Counted from the first letter of the stretch, positions 41,399-49,638 are shown. The stretch: DNA of 62,909 nt from a virus (IMGVR_UViG_3300025645_000072:1-62909), one strand, 5' to 3'. Notes: generated from the letters alone by a model not told the origin. Numbers and translations are program-made.

Positions 41399-41427
41399 AA
41401 TTTCTATTTATTTATTAATTTATTGAT

Positions 41428-41515
41428 TAGCAACTAGAAAAAGAATCGAACCTTTTTTACTATTCAGCAAGTTTCGCCTCCGTACTTAAACGTGTGGCTT
41501 TTCCAAACCTAGTTG
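41428..41515 (-). ncRNA. tRNA-like element (atypical or degenerate)
   Basis: CAACTAG/CTAGTTG acceptor-like stem and T-arm AAAGG-TTCGATT-CTTTT; D and anticodon arms are non-canonical. Confidence 0.45.
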
Positions 41516-41519
41516 TTGT

Positions 41520-41747
41520 TTAATTGTTTTTATTTTCTTGTGCGTATTCCCAGACCTGCGTATGTATGGCATCATCTACCCAATCCCAATAAAAATCTGT
41601 TATATCCATATCGTTTAAACTAACTTCCAAAATTTCCATATCGTTTTCTGGAGGGTTTTCAAAATCTCCATCGTTCCAATAATATTCGTAGTATATTTCT
41701 AATTCATAACTGTCATCAGTAACTACATAAGTTCCTTTTACTTTCAT
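41520..41747 (-). CDS. Acidic hypothetical protein
   Basis: Early-region ORF. Confidence 0.6.
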   Translation of the reverse strand: MKVKGTYVVTDDSYELEIYYEYYWNDGDFENPPENDMEILEVSLNDMDITDFYWDWVDDAIHTQVWEYAQENKNN

Positions 41748-42010
41748 AAGTGTCCACCTGTTTTTAATTCATCACATTCATATCTCCATTCTGTTTCTGA
41801 CCCAGACTCATTCATTCCTTTATAGTCATCTAATCCATTACCATAAACAAACTCAGATTCATTTAACTTATTTTCAATATCATCAATCCATAAATGTTCG
41901 TTGTCGTTGACATAATCTTGAATGTCAAACTCATCGACATCGTTAGGTATTTCTATTTCTATCTCAGCAAATTTATGATAGACTTGTCTTTGTTGTATTT
42001 TTACTTTCAT
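41744..42010 (-). CDS. Acidic hypothetical protein
   Basis: ATGA overlaps with neighbours. Confidence 0.6.
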   Translation of the reverse strand: MKVKIQQRQVYHKFAEIEIEIPNDVDEFDIQDYVNDNEHLWIDDIENKLNESEFVYGNGLDDYKGMNESGSETEWRYECDELKTGGHL

Positions 42011-42234
42011 AGTTCTTCGTTTTGAATGTTATCTGCATACCTTATCGCAAAGTCATCTGTATTTGGTTTGTTTACAGAAACACACTTTCCGTAGTTTCTC
42101 CACCATTCTAATTTAGTTTTGTGTCTTGACTCTATCTCTATATTTATTTTATAAATAAGATCGAGTGCTGAATTCCTTTCGCCTATTAATTGAGAGGTTT
42201 TTACTTTCTTTATATCCTTGTCTGATAAATACAT
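42007..42234 (-). CDS. Hypothetical protein
   Basis: Early-region ORF. Confidence 0.55.
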   Translation of the reverse strand: MYLSDKDIKKVKTSQLIGERNSALDLIYKINIEIESRHKTKLEWWRNYGKCVSVNKPNTDDFAIRYADNIQNEEL

Positions 42235-42246
42235 AGTTTATTGTAT

Positions 42247-42390
42247 TAAAATATTATTTTGGTTTTCTATTGTCCCGTGTTCTGCCTCTGTTACCCATTT
42301 CCTAGCAACATCTATACTTGGTGTATATCGTTGTTCGTTTGGCATTTCGCCCCCATAGTAAAGCGATACTTTAAAAATTTGTGGTTTCAT
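42247..42390 (-). CDS. Small hypothetical protein (47 aa, MKPQIFKVSLYYGG...)
   Basis: Read manually; fills the gap in the operon. Confidence 0.5.
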
Positions 42391-42391
42391 A

Positions 42392-42640
42392 TTATATAGT
42401 TTGTTTATTCCACACATTTAGTGTGTTGTTAATTAATGTTTCAATCTCATCAAAGGTGTCATTATAGAAGTCTTGTGCTTCTTCGGAAAACACCTGAACG
42501 CTTTTTTCTTCCCAAACTCCGTGTCCATATTCTTCCACCCAAGTGTCTGCTCCAAAATTCATTTCCGTAATTTGTGTTGCAATTTCATCTACACATTCCA
42601 GAAACTTGCTATCGCTTACTAATATTTTATTATTTTTCAT
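42392..42640 (-). CDS. Acidic hypothetical protein
   Basis: Early-region ORF. Confidence 0.6.
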   Translation of the reverse strand: MKNNKILVSDSKFLECVDEIATQITEMNFGADTWVEEYGHGVWEEKSVQVFSEEAQDFYNDTFDEIETLINNTLNVWNKQTI

Positions 42641-42651
42641 ATCTATTTTAT

Positions 42652-42849
42652 TTATTCGTTACACATTTTTTTGTATGCTTCGTGTTGCTCTATAAAATTT
42701 TCTTTATAATTTATATAGAACATTGATTTTGTTAGTTCCTCAATCCACATATCCTGTGACATTTCACAGTTTCCTAAATCTACCTCGTAATAGTGGACAA
42801 GCCTTTGTTTTAAATCATCAAATGATTCTTGTTTTAATTTTATTCCCAT
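42652..42849 (-). CDS. Hypothetical protein
   Basis: Early-region ORF. Confidence 0.55.
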   Translation of the reverse strand: MGIKLKQESFDDLKQRLVHYYEVDLGNCEMSQDMWIEELTKSMFYINYKENFIEQHEAYKKMCNE

Positions 42850-43286
42850 TGTGTTGATTTTTCATCTCCTATTGGAAGTAGTTTGTCGCCTATTAATTTA
42901 TAGTTCATAAAATCATCTTCATACCATTCCGTGTAATATAAATATCCCGTTTGATAAGCTATTAAAAGCAAGTCTTCATCTGTTTCGGTATTTGATTTTG
43001 CTCTTTTTAATGCCTCTATAAATTCATTATATTCTGATTTATCTTGTAGTTCCGTATCTTCATCAATATCATAAAGTATATTTTCTCTGTCTTTTCTACA
43101 TTCTTTTAAAGTTATTTCTAAAGTTGATGTATAAAAAGCTCCATCATACCAACACCACCCATCATTCATTCCATCTCCAGACACATTGCACTTGTGAGCA
43201 AAATATTCTGTTTCTGTTGATGGTATATTTATTACTCTGTCTCCTAATGATTCTTTCATCATTTCGTTAAATTCTTGTAGTTTCAT
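42840..43286 (-). CDS. Acidic hypothetical protein
   Basis: Early-region ORF. Confidence 0.6.
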   Translation of the reverse strand: MKLQEFNEMMKESLGDRVINIPSTETEYFAHKCNVSGDGMNDGWCWYDGAFYTSTLEITLKECRKDRENILYDIDEDTELQDKSEYNEFIEALKRAKSNTETDEDLLLIAYQTGYLYYTEWYEDDFMNYKLIGDKLLPIGDEKSTQWE

Positions 43287-43441
43287 TTTATTAAATTTTG
43301 AATTGTTGATATATCTATTGTTCCGTACTGCCTGTGTACTTTGTTTAAATGTTTTCTTGCTTTGTAAAAATCCCTCTCATTCTGTGGGTTTTTATAAGTG
43401 TAAATCATTCGCCTTAAAAATGTGATTTCGTTTACTGCCAT
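43283..43441 (-). CDS. Small hypothetical protein (52 aa, MAVNEITFLRR...)
   Basis: Read manually; ATGA overlap with the next gene. Confidence 0.5.
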   Translation of the reverse strand: MAVNEITFLRRMIYTYKNPQNERDFYKARKHLNKVHRQYGTIDISTIQNLIK

Positions 43442-43504
43442 AGTTTTTAATTTGCTACAATATAAGTTGTTTTTAATTAGTGTGCAAGTTATTTGTTGTT
43501 TATT

Positions 43505-43795
43505 TTATTTGAATTCAATAAACCTGTTGTCCATTTCTTCATATTTATCAATCAAATTTTCCATCTCCTCTTCTGTCATATGATTGTATGGTTTTGTATA
43601 TGGGTGGTGTGGAGCAATATAAGTTCCACCACCATTTCCATCGTTCCAAATCTCAACATTTTTTTTGTTGGTTTTACACTGGTAGCCCGTGCCTCTGCGT
43701 GTTTCGTAATATCTTACTGAGATAACTTTTAATTTTAAAAAATCATCTTGCGAGTTGTTCCATTCGTGGTATTCTTTGCCGTGTGTTGTTCTCAT
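43505..43795 (-). CDS. Conserved phage hypothetical protein (YYETRRG...WNDGNGGGT)
   Basis: Early-region ORF. Confidence 0.65.
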   Translation of the reverse strand: MRTTHGKEYHEWNNSQDDFLKLKVISVRYYETRRGTGYQCKTNKKNVEIWNDGNGGGTYIAPHHPYTKPYNHMTEEEMENLIDKYEEMDNRFIEFK

Positions 43796-44070
43796 AATTT
43801 ATTTTTTAGTATTTCTCCTTGTTTTATTACAGGATTATTTTTGCTTCCGTTTTTAACTATTAAATTATATTTTTTCTCTGCTTCTTCTATTGTTTTAAAT
43901 AATCCATTAGAACAAAACGGATTTGTTGTTGTTTCATAAACTGCATAACTGTCTCCGTTTGCGTATGGTTTTATTAATCTTATAAGATTTACAAATGTTT
44001 CATCTTTAAAATTTGTATATTTTATTAACGGACTATTAAAAACTCTTTTAGGTAATTGTAAGTAACTCAT
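43792..44070 (-). CDS. Hypothetical protein
   Basis: Early-region ORF. Confidence 0.6.
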   Translation of the reverse strand: MSYLQLPKRVFNSPLIKYTNFKDETFVNLIRLIKPYANGDSYAVYETTTNPFCSNGLFKTIEEAEKKYNLIVKNGSKNNPVIKQGEILKNKL

Positions 44071-44072
44071 AA

Positions 44073-44306
44073 TTATATAGTTTTATAAAATTGGTTTAAT
44101 CCTGTGTTGGTGTGGATTCCTAATTCTCTGTTAAATCTCTGTGTTTGTTCGTTCATAATATGCGAAGCACTTACATAAAAAGTTGCGTTAGGGTCAAATC
44201 CTAATCCCTGACTTGTATAATAAGTTAACTTTTCGCCTACTATTTCTTTTAACGCTGACTTCATAGCCTTTGTTAATCCTGTTTTATTGTGTTTTGAGTA
44301 TGTCAT
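44073..44306 (-). CDS. Hypothetical protein
   Basis: Early-region ORF. Confidence 0.6.
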   Translation of the reverse strand: MTYSKHNKTGLTKAMKSALKEIVGEKLTYYTSQGLGFDPNATFYVSASHIMNEQTQRFNRELGIHTNTGLNQFYKTI

Positions 44307-44308
44307 AA

Positions 44309-44542
44309 TTATATAGTTTGATAAATTCCAAAATTTGCGTTTGATGTGTCAATATTTCCCGTAATCATTCCTATTATAAAAAATAGAATTCCCGTAACTG
44401 CCATAAGAAATAACCCCGTTGTCAATACTCTTAAAAATAATGTTAGTATTTTTTCAATGACTAAAATTAACTTTTTCGCCTCTTGTTCTCTTGTCGGGAT
44501 CTTAACTTGTAATTCCTGATAAATTTCTTTTATTTGTTCCAT
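44309..44542 (-). CDS. Small membrane protein
   Basis: Long hydrophobic helix. Confidence 0.6.
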   Translation of the reverse strand: MEQIKEIYQELQVKIPTREQEAKKLILVIEKILTLFLRVLTTGLFLMAVTGILFFIIGMITGNIDTSNANFGIYQTI

Positions 44543-44544
44543 AG

Positions 44545-44760
44545 TTATATAATTTTGTAAGTTGGTTGTAAAATTTCTCTGACTTTTTCTCTGTCGTAAG
44601 AGTCAAATTCTATTTCTGTTAATGGTTTTGATTCAATATACTTCATTACTGCATCTTGAATTTCAAAATTATCAGCAATGGGATAAATTCCATTTTTTTT
44701 GTTGTAAAACTCCCAAACATAAATTTGAAAATCTTTTATTTCTTTTAAATAATTTCTCAT
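44545..44760 (-). CDS. Conserved phage hypothetical protein (FDSYDRE.VR motif)
   Basis: Early-region ORF. Confidence 0.6.
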   Translation of the reverse strand: MRNYLKEIKDFQIYVWEFYNKKNGIYPIADNFEIQDAVMKYIESKPLTEIEFDSYDREKVREILQPTYKII

Positions 44761-44764
44761 AGTT

Positions 44765-44887
44765 TTAAAGATTAAATTTGATTAATAATTTTTTAAATAT
44801 CGAAAGTTTTTTATATTCTTTCGCCGTGTAAACTTTTACGTTTCCCTTTCTAATATGGGTATAAATACCCGTTTTTAATTTTGTCAT
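44765..44887 (-). CDS. Small basic hypothetical protein (40 aa, MTKLKTGIY...)
   Basis: Read manually; TAATTATG start context. Confidence 0.45.
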   Translation of the reverse strand: MTKLKTGIYTHIRKGNVKVYTAKEYKKLSIFKKLLIKFNL

Positions 44888-44902
44888 AATTATATTTATT
44901 AG

Positions 44903-45139
44903 TTAATAAAAATCTCCCTCTTTAATTCTTTGTGCTTTGTCTTGTGCCTCAAATAATAAATCTGTTAATTCATCAAGTGCCTCAGTTTTGGAAATATAAT
45001 CACTCCCTTTGTCGCTATCTTCCCAAGCTTCAGATTTATCTCTCTGGTTGTCTGCTTGTTCTTCTCTGTTGTAAATTTCTTCTTTTATATCCTCAATATG
45101 ATTTTCTAGCTGAGATATAATTTTACTTAATTTTGCCAT
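44903..45139 (-). CDS. Acidic coiled-coil hypothetical protein
   Basis: Early-region ORF. Confidence 0.6.
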   Translation of the reverse strand: MAKLSKIISQLENHIEDIKEEIYNREEQADNQRDKSEAWEDSDKGSDYISKTEALDELTDLLFEAQDKAQRIKEGDFY

Positions 45140-45141
45140 AA

Positions 45142-45609
45142 TTATTTTATATAAAGTTTATATATTATTTCGTTATTTGTTTCTCTGATGAAATCTAATT
45201 TAAAGCCGATTTTAGCTAAAATTTGAGTCATACAACTAAAACCACAGGCACCATCTACATAAGTTTTCGTGTTCTCTGTTGCTCTTTTTAAGTATCTTCT
45301 GCTTTGACTTTTTGCTTTTGGGTTGTAGTGTGTCAAGCCATAAAAACCCTGTCTAATATGGAAAGCTTTCCCACCATTATCGGCAGTTAGTTTTGTTAAT
45401 TCATTATTAAAATAAGTGTTAATAAATGCACCTAGAACAGACCCTTTTTTGTCATATCCTCCACCACCTGCAACAAATTCGGTTTTATTGTTTCGCTTGT
45501 CATAGATGCGACAAACTCCAGACCTTGACCATTTAAAAGTTAACGTTTCAAATTTCCAATTCTCATTTAAAAAATCTTGCTTTTGCTTTTTGTTTAAAAT
45601 TGTTCTCAT
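45142..45609 (-). CDS. Conserved phage hypothetical protein (GGGGYDK..DGACG motifs)
   Basis: Early-region ORF. Confidence 0.65.
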   Translation of the reverse strand: MRTILNKKQKQDFLNENWKFETLTFKWSRSGVCRIYDKRNNKTEFVAGGGGYDKKGSVLGAFINTYFNNELTKLTADNGGKAFHIRQGFYGLTHYNPKAKSQSRRYLKRATENTKTYVDGACGFSCMTQILAKIGFKLDFIRETNNEIIYKLYIK

Positions 45610-45611
45610 AA

Positions 45612-45854
45612 TTATTTTTTATTTACTGTTTTTATAAATTGTTTTGCTTTTTTTATTGTAGTGAAAGAAGTTCCACCTAAATAGGTTTTAAATTCATCTT
45701 CTTTATTGTAAAAATAACTTGACGGACATTTAAAATATTTATATTCTATTTCGTGGTTTCCGTGTTCACTATAAATTATTTTCGCCTCGTGTACTTTTAT
45801 ACCCGTGAAATTGGGTAGGTATTTTTTTTGTTGATTTAGGTTTAAAAAATTCAT
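45612..45854 (-). CDS. Hypothetical protein, first gene of the leftward arm
   Basis: Follows the leftward promoter. Confidence 0.6.
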   Translation of the reverse strand: MNFLNLNQQKKYLPNFTGIKVHEAKIIYSEHGNHEIEYKYFKCPSSYFYNKEDEFKTYLGGTSFTTIKKAKQFIKTVNKK

Positions 45855-45890
45855 AATAATAAATTAAAATTTTGTGCCTTATTGACATTA

Positions 45891-45898
45891 CAAATATA
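45891..45898 (-). promoter_or_regulatory. Leftward -7 promoter box TATATTTG
   Basis: CAAATATA on +, about 35 nt before ATG 45854. Confidence 0.65.
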
Positions 45899-45953
45899 AA
45901 GTAAAATAAAAGTATTATCCTAATTATTTTTAAAGTTTTTTAAAAGTATTTTA

Positions 45954-45978
45954 TAAGTTACTGTAAATCAATGACTTA
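45954..45978. promoter_or_regulatory. Imperfect palindrome containing an IHF-type site
   Basis: TAAGTTACTGTAAATCAATGACTTA; AATCAATGACTTA fits WATCAANNNNTTR. Confidence 0.5.
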
Positions 45979-46185
45979 CAAGGGTATTTTTTTTGTTTGT
46001 AGTGATGGCACACGGGCAAATTTTATGTTTTCTTTTGTTTGTCAGCTGGTTAGCTCCAGCCTAAAAGATATTATTTATTAATTCCTTTTTGTTTTTGGGG
46101 AATGGTTAACCCTTTTGTTTTGTGTCTGTGACAAAATAAAAAAGGGGAAAGAATAAAGAACGAAGAAACAAGAACAACGGGAAAC

Positions 46186-46243
46186 GGGGCGAGGTGGTCG
46201 GGTGGTGTGGTGGTGTGGTCGGGTGTGGTGGTGGTGGTGGTGT
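46186..46243 (+). repeat. G/T-rich GGT/GGTGT tandem tract
   Basis: GGTGGTCGGGTGGTGTGGTGGTGTGGTCGGGTGTGGTGGTGGTGGTGGTG in otherwise AT-rich DNA. Confidence 0.85.
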
Positions 46244-46411
46244 CCCTATGGAAAAGCTAAAAAAATCTGAGGCAAATTTTTGAAATGAAGAGGGGGGGTT
46301 GTTTTTAAAAATCGTTTTCCTTTTGGTGTCGTGTTGCGTATATCATATATTACCTAACACCTCTAAGCGTCTAATATTTTTTTATTATCTTAGCAGTCTA
46401 AACGTAACATT

Positions 46412-46639
46412 ATGAAAATCAAAGGAGCAAAGAAAATACCTAACAGACCTGTGATGCAGGAATACTTATCAAATAGAAACAGACACGAGTTGTCTGGAGA
46501 TTTTAATTATTATGAGACAGGACTTAGTAAAATGGTTTCTTTAAAGAACTCACAATATAGATCTAAAAAAGTAGGAATGATGGCAGACGCAATTGAGTTA
46601 GCAGAGCAAAGAAAGAATTTTTTTAATACATACAGATAA
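46412..46639 (+). CDS. Hypothetical protein, first gene of the rightward arm
   Basis: ORF followed by a terminator. Confidence 0.55.
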   Translation: MKIKGAKKIPNRPVMQEYLSNRNRHELSGDFNYYETGLSKMVSLKNSQYRSKKVGMMADAIELAEQRKNFFNTYR

Positions 46640-46664
46640 CTTTCTTCCCATAGTTAATTTGTGT

Positions 46665-46702
46665 AAAAAGAGGTTAGGCAATTAGTCAAGCCTCTTTTTT
46701 TT
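46665..46702 (+). terminator. Intrinsic (possibly bidirectional) terminator
   Basis: AAAAAGAGGTT/AGCCTCTTTTT stem with a T run. Confidence 0.75.
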
Positions 46703-46719
46703 ATTCAATTTTGTCTATT

Positions 46720-46880
46720 TATGTTGATTATCAACATAACTATGTTAACGATATGTTGTCTAAAGTACTGGTAATCAGCTTTATGTCGATTATGTTGATT
46801 TTTTCTCTTCTTTTTCACGGAAAGAAAAATATAAATAAGTATTTACTCTATATATATATAGGGAAACTTAAAACCAACAT
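46720..46880 (+). promoter_or_regulatory. ATGTT-box/(TA)6 element, copy B (candidate origin or operator)
   Basis: Palindrome TATGTTGAT-T-ATCAACATA, further TATGT(T/C) boxes, a (TA)6 tract and an inverted CAACAT. Confidence 0.5.
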
Positions 46881-46960
46881 TTTTAAAATTACCTCAACTT
46901 AGTTTATTATAATAAATTTTTCATACTTTTGACTTATAATTTAATTAAATAAAATACATT

Positions 46961-48544
46961 ATGAGTTACAGTCCAAAGGATCTTGTGTTTGACCAAGAGG
47001 GTCGAGATAAATTAAAAAAAGGAATTAATGCAATTACTAATGCTGTTAAAAGTACTTTAGGTCCATTAGGTAAAACTGTTTTAATTGAGTCTCCAGAACA
47101 CACTCACGGAATAACCGTTACCAAAGACGGTGTGACTGTAGCTAAATCTATTTTCTTAGAAGACGCTGTAGAAAACTTAGCTGTAAAAATGATGAAAGAA
47201 GCAGCTGATCGTACGGCTAGTTCTGCTGGGGATGGAACAACAACTGCAATTGTACTTACTGAGGCTATTATTCGAAACGGAATGAAAGCAATAGAGGAAG
47301 GCGAAAACATAAACACTACTGAACTTATACGAGATATTAATGAAACTGTTAAGGGCATTATAAAAAACTTAAACAAAGTTTCTAAAAAAGTTAGTTCAAA
47401 AACACTTCGTGATGTTGCTACGGTATCGGCTAATAATTCAGCTGAACTAGGTAGGTTAATTTCTAATGCTTACAAAGAGCTTGGTAAAGATGGTGTATTG
47501 ACAGTAGAAAATTCACAGACTGAAGAAACTTACTATGATATTACTAAAGGTATAAAAATAGAAAGAGGATATACCACACAGCTTTTCGCTAACAACGAAA
47601 GAAATGATGAGTGTGTTTTAGATAATGTTCATATTCTTGTTACTGACACAGAGATTCAGAGCTTGATGGAGATTGAGAATATACTAAGACCGATTATTAA
47701 AGAAAAGAAAAAACTTTTGATTATAGGAAACTGTACTCAAAACGTAGTTAATACACTAGGCGCAAACAAAGTTCAGAATAATTTATCTATATGTAATATT
47801 ATACCACCATCGTTTGGATATAAGACAAATGAGTTATTAGGTGATATTTCGTTATCGATAGGTGCAAAGTATTTTAGTGAGTCTCAAGGTGATGACTTGA
47901 GTTTGCTTACAATGGATAGTTTAGGGTTTGCTGAGAAAATTATTGTTGGGAAAGATAGTACTGTTATAGTTACGGCTAGTGAAAAACAAAATGAAGAGAT
48001 AGGCGAAAGAATTAATCAACTCAAAGATCAGCACAAAAAAACTTCTTTAAACAAGTATGAGAAAGATTTTATATTAGAACGTATAGCGAACTTGACTGGA
48101 TCTGTTGGCGTTATTTATGTAGGAGCAAACTCAGACATTGAGCAAAAAGAAAAATTTGACCGCATCGATGATGCGGTGTGTGCTGTTCGTTCGGCATTGG
48201 AAGAAGGGATATTACCAGGAGGAGGATTAGCTTTATTAAGAGAAGCAGAAAATTTAGGTGATGGAATATCAAATGATATACTATATAATTCTTTAACTGC
48301 TCCATTAGAACAAATACTTACTAATGCAGGTGATGATGTAAAAAAAGTACGTGATACAATATGCTCGTGTGCATCAGCTCCAGTAAATTATGGGTTTAAT
48401 GTTAAAACCAAAGAGTATGGAGATATGTATAAAATGGGAATTATTGATCCAACTAAAGTAACAAAGAACGCACTTATAAATGCAGCGAGTGTTGCAACAA
48501 CTATACTTAGTACAAACGCAATAGTAACAATGAAACGAGCATAA
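46961..48544 (+). CDS. groEL: Phage-encoded chaperonin GroEL
   Basis: VKSTLGP.G, VTKDGVTVAK, AGDGTTTA, GILPGGG, GIIDPTKV. Confidence 0.97.
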   Translation: MSYSPKDLVFDQEGRDKLKKGINAITNAVKSTLGPLGKTVLIESPEHTHGITVTKDGVTVAKSIFLEDAVENLAVKMMKEAADRTASSAGDGTTTAIVLTEAIIRNGMKAIEEGENINTTELIRDINETVKGIIKNLNKVSKKVSSKTLRDVATVSANNSAELGRLISNAYKELGKDGVLTVENSQTEETYYDITKGIKIERGYTTQLFANNERNDECVLDNVHILVTDTEIQSLMEIENILRPIIKEKKKLLIIGNCTQNVVNTLGANKVQNNLSICNIIPPSFGYKTNELLGDISLSIGAKYFSESQGDDLSLLTMDSLGFAEKIIVGKDSTVIVTASEKQNEEIGERINQLKDQHKKTSLNKYEKDFILERIANLTGSVGVIYVGANSDIEQKEKFDRIDDAVCAVRSALEEGILPGGGLALLREAENLGDGISNDILYNSLTAPLEQILTNAGDDVKKVRDTICSCASAPVNYGFNVKTKEYGDMYKMGIIDPTKVTKNALINAASVATTILSTNAIVTMKRA

Positions 48545-48561
48545 ATTTAAAATTATATATT

Positions 48562-48696
48562 ATGGGCCATAGACCACACGCATTTGAAAATCAAATTTTT
48601 GAATCTTTTAGAATAGAGGAGAAAAAAGTTAAATCTGCTATTAGTCTTTTGAAACAACACGGATATGTTGTTTATAAGAAAGATTCGCAAGAGTGA
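48562..48696 (+). CDS. Microprotein (44 aa) with AISLLKQHGYVV motif
   Basis: Read manually; TATATTATG start context. Confidence 0.55.
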   Translation: MGHRPHAFENQIFESFRIEEKKVKSAISLLKQHGYVVYKKDSQE

Positions 48697-48866
48697 ATTT
48701 TTTTAAAACTTATACTATTCCAGAAAGAGTTAAAGAACAGTTAGAAGCAATAAATCTTTTGATTGCACAAGGATATACTGTTTTAGATTTAGAAGGCGAA
48801 ATAATAGATAAAAATATTTTAAAAGATAAATTAAATGAAAGCAATAGGGAAAACCATAGTAATTGA
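48693..48866 (+). CDS. Microprotein (57 aa, GTG start) with AINLLIAQGYTV motif
   Basis: GTGA overlap with the upstream ORF; paralogous motif. Confidence 0.5.
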   Translation: MNFFKTYTIPERVKEQLEAINLLIAQGYTVLDLEGEIIDKNILKDKLNESNRENHSN

Positions 48867-49092
48867 AACCATAAAAGAAAAAGAAACTACTGAGTCAGGA
48901 ATATTACTTACTTCATCAGACAGTAATCAGTTTAGATACAAGAAAGGAAAAGTAATTCTTCCAGGACACGAATGCTCTGTTATCAATAAAGGAGATATTA
49001 TTTTTTATGATAAAGCAGCTGGACACACTATGATGTTAAACGAAGAGGTAGTTACAATTATATCTGAAAGAGATATTGTAGTAGTTATTTAA
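48835..49092 (+). CDS. groES: Co-chaperonin GroES
   Basis: TTESGILL mobile loop, KGKVI, KGDIIFY, ISERDIVVV. Confidence 0.9.
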   Translation: MKAIGKTIVIETIKEKETTESGILLTSSDSNQFRYKKGKVILPGHECSVINKGDIIFYDKAAGHTMMLNEEVVTIISERDIVVVI

Positions 49093-49139
49093 TATTTTAT
49101 ACATACACTAATTAATCTGTAAAGAAAATCGAAAAATCT

Positions 49140-49607
49140 TTACAGATTTTTTTTTATCTCTTGATTCATTTTTTTAATTATTTTTCTATATATCTTGTTG
49201 CTGTATTTAGTATTGTTTTTAAAAATTGGATTTCTGTATGGACTTTCTGATATAGTCTCTTTCATATTTAATTTTTTATATATAGAAGATACCACACGCT
49301 TACCTTTAAAACCTAGCTCATAAAGTTTTGATTCGTTTCCAACCCTTTCGCGCCAGATAATTATCCACTTGTCTTTCAGTAGTTTTTGAAATCTCATTTT
49401 GTCCCAGGACATAATCTCATTGAACTCTTCAAATTGTTTTCTAGTAAACAATCCTTCGCTATATAAAAACAACATCATTTCTATATCAGCTGTTTTTAAA
49501 TTATAATAAGCTCTAGCCCAATGCTTTACAACTTTCCAGTATTTTAGATAGTCGTTAGAAGGCTCTTTACGATCATAATTAGCTCGTAGTTTTTTACTAA
49601 AATTCAT
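49140..49607 (-). CDS. Winged-helix (MarR-like) DNA-binding protein
   Basis: L..ADIEMMLFL...FQKLLKDKWI...LYELGFKGKR; start moved to ATG 49607. Confidence 0.55.
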   Translation of the reverse strand: MNFSKKLRANYDRKEPSNDYLKYWKVVKHWARAYYNLKTADIEMMLFLYSEGLFTRKQFEEFNEIMSWDKMRFQKLLKDKWIIIWRERVGNESKLYELGFKGKRVVSSIYKKLNMKETISESPYRNPIFKNNTKYSNKIYRKIIKKMNQEIKKNL

Positions 49608-49622
49608 TATATTTAATTTAAT

Positions 49623-49638
49623 TATATTTGTAAATATA
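49623..49638. promoter_or_regulatory. Back-to-back promoter boxes TATATTTG (+) and TATATTTA (-)
   Basis: Near-palindrome TATATTTGTAAATATA between divergent genes. Confidence 0.5.

Noticed and set aside
45954-45978. attP or dif site indicating lysogeny
   Set aside because: No integrase or clear repressor module was found; the sequence fits an IHF-type site better.
46186-46243. CRISPR array
   Set aside because: Simple-sequence tract with no repeat-spacer periodicity and no cas genes.
46711-46902. 63-aa ORF from the track
   Set aside because: It has a TTG start and lies over the repeat/palindrome element; better explained as non-coding.
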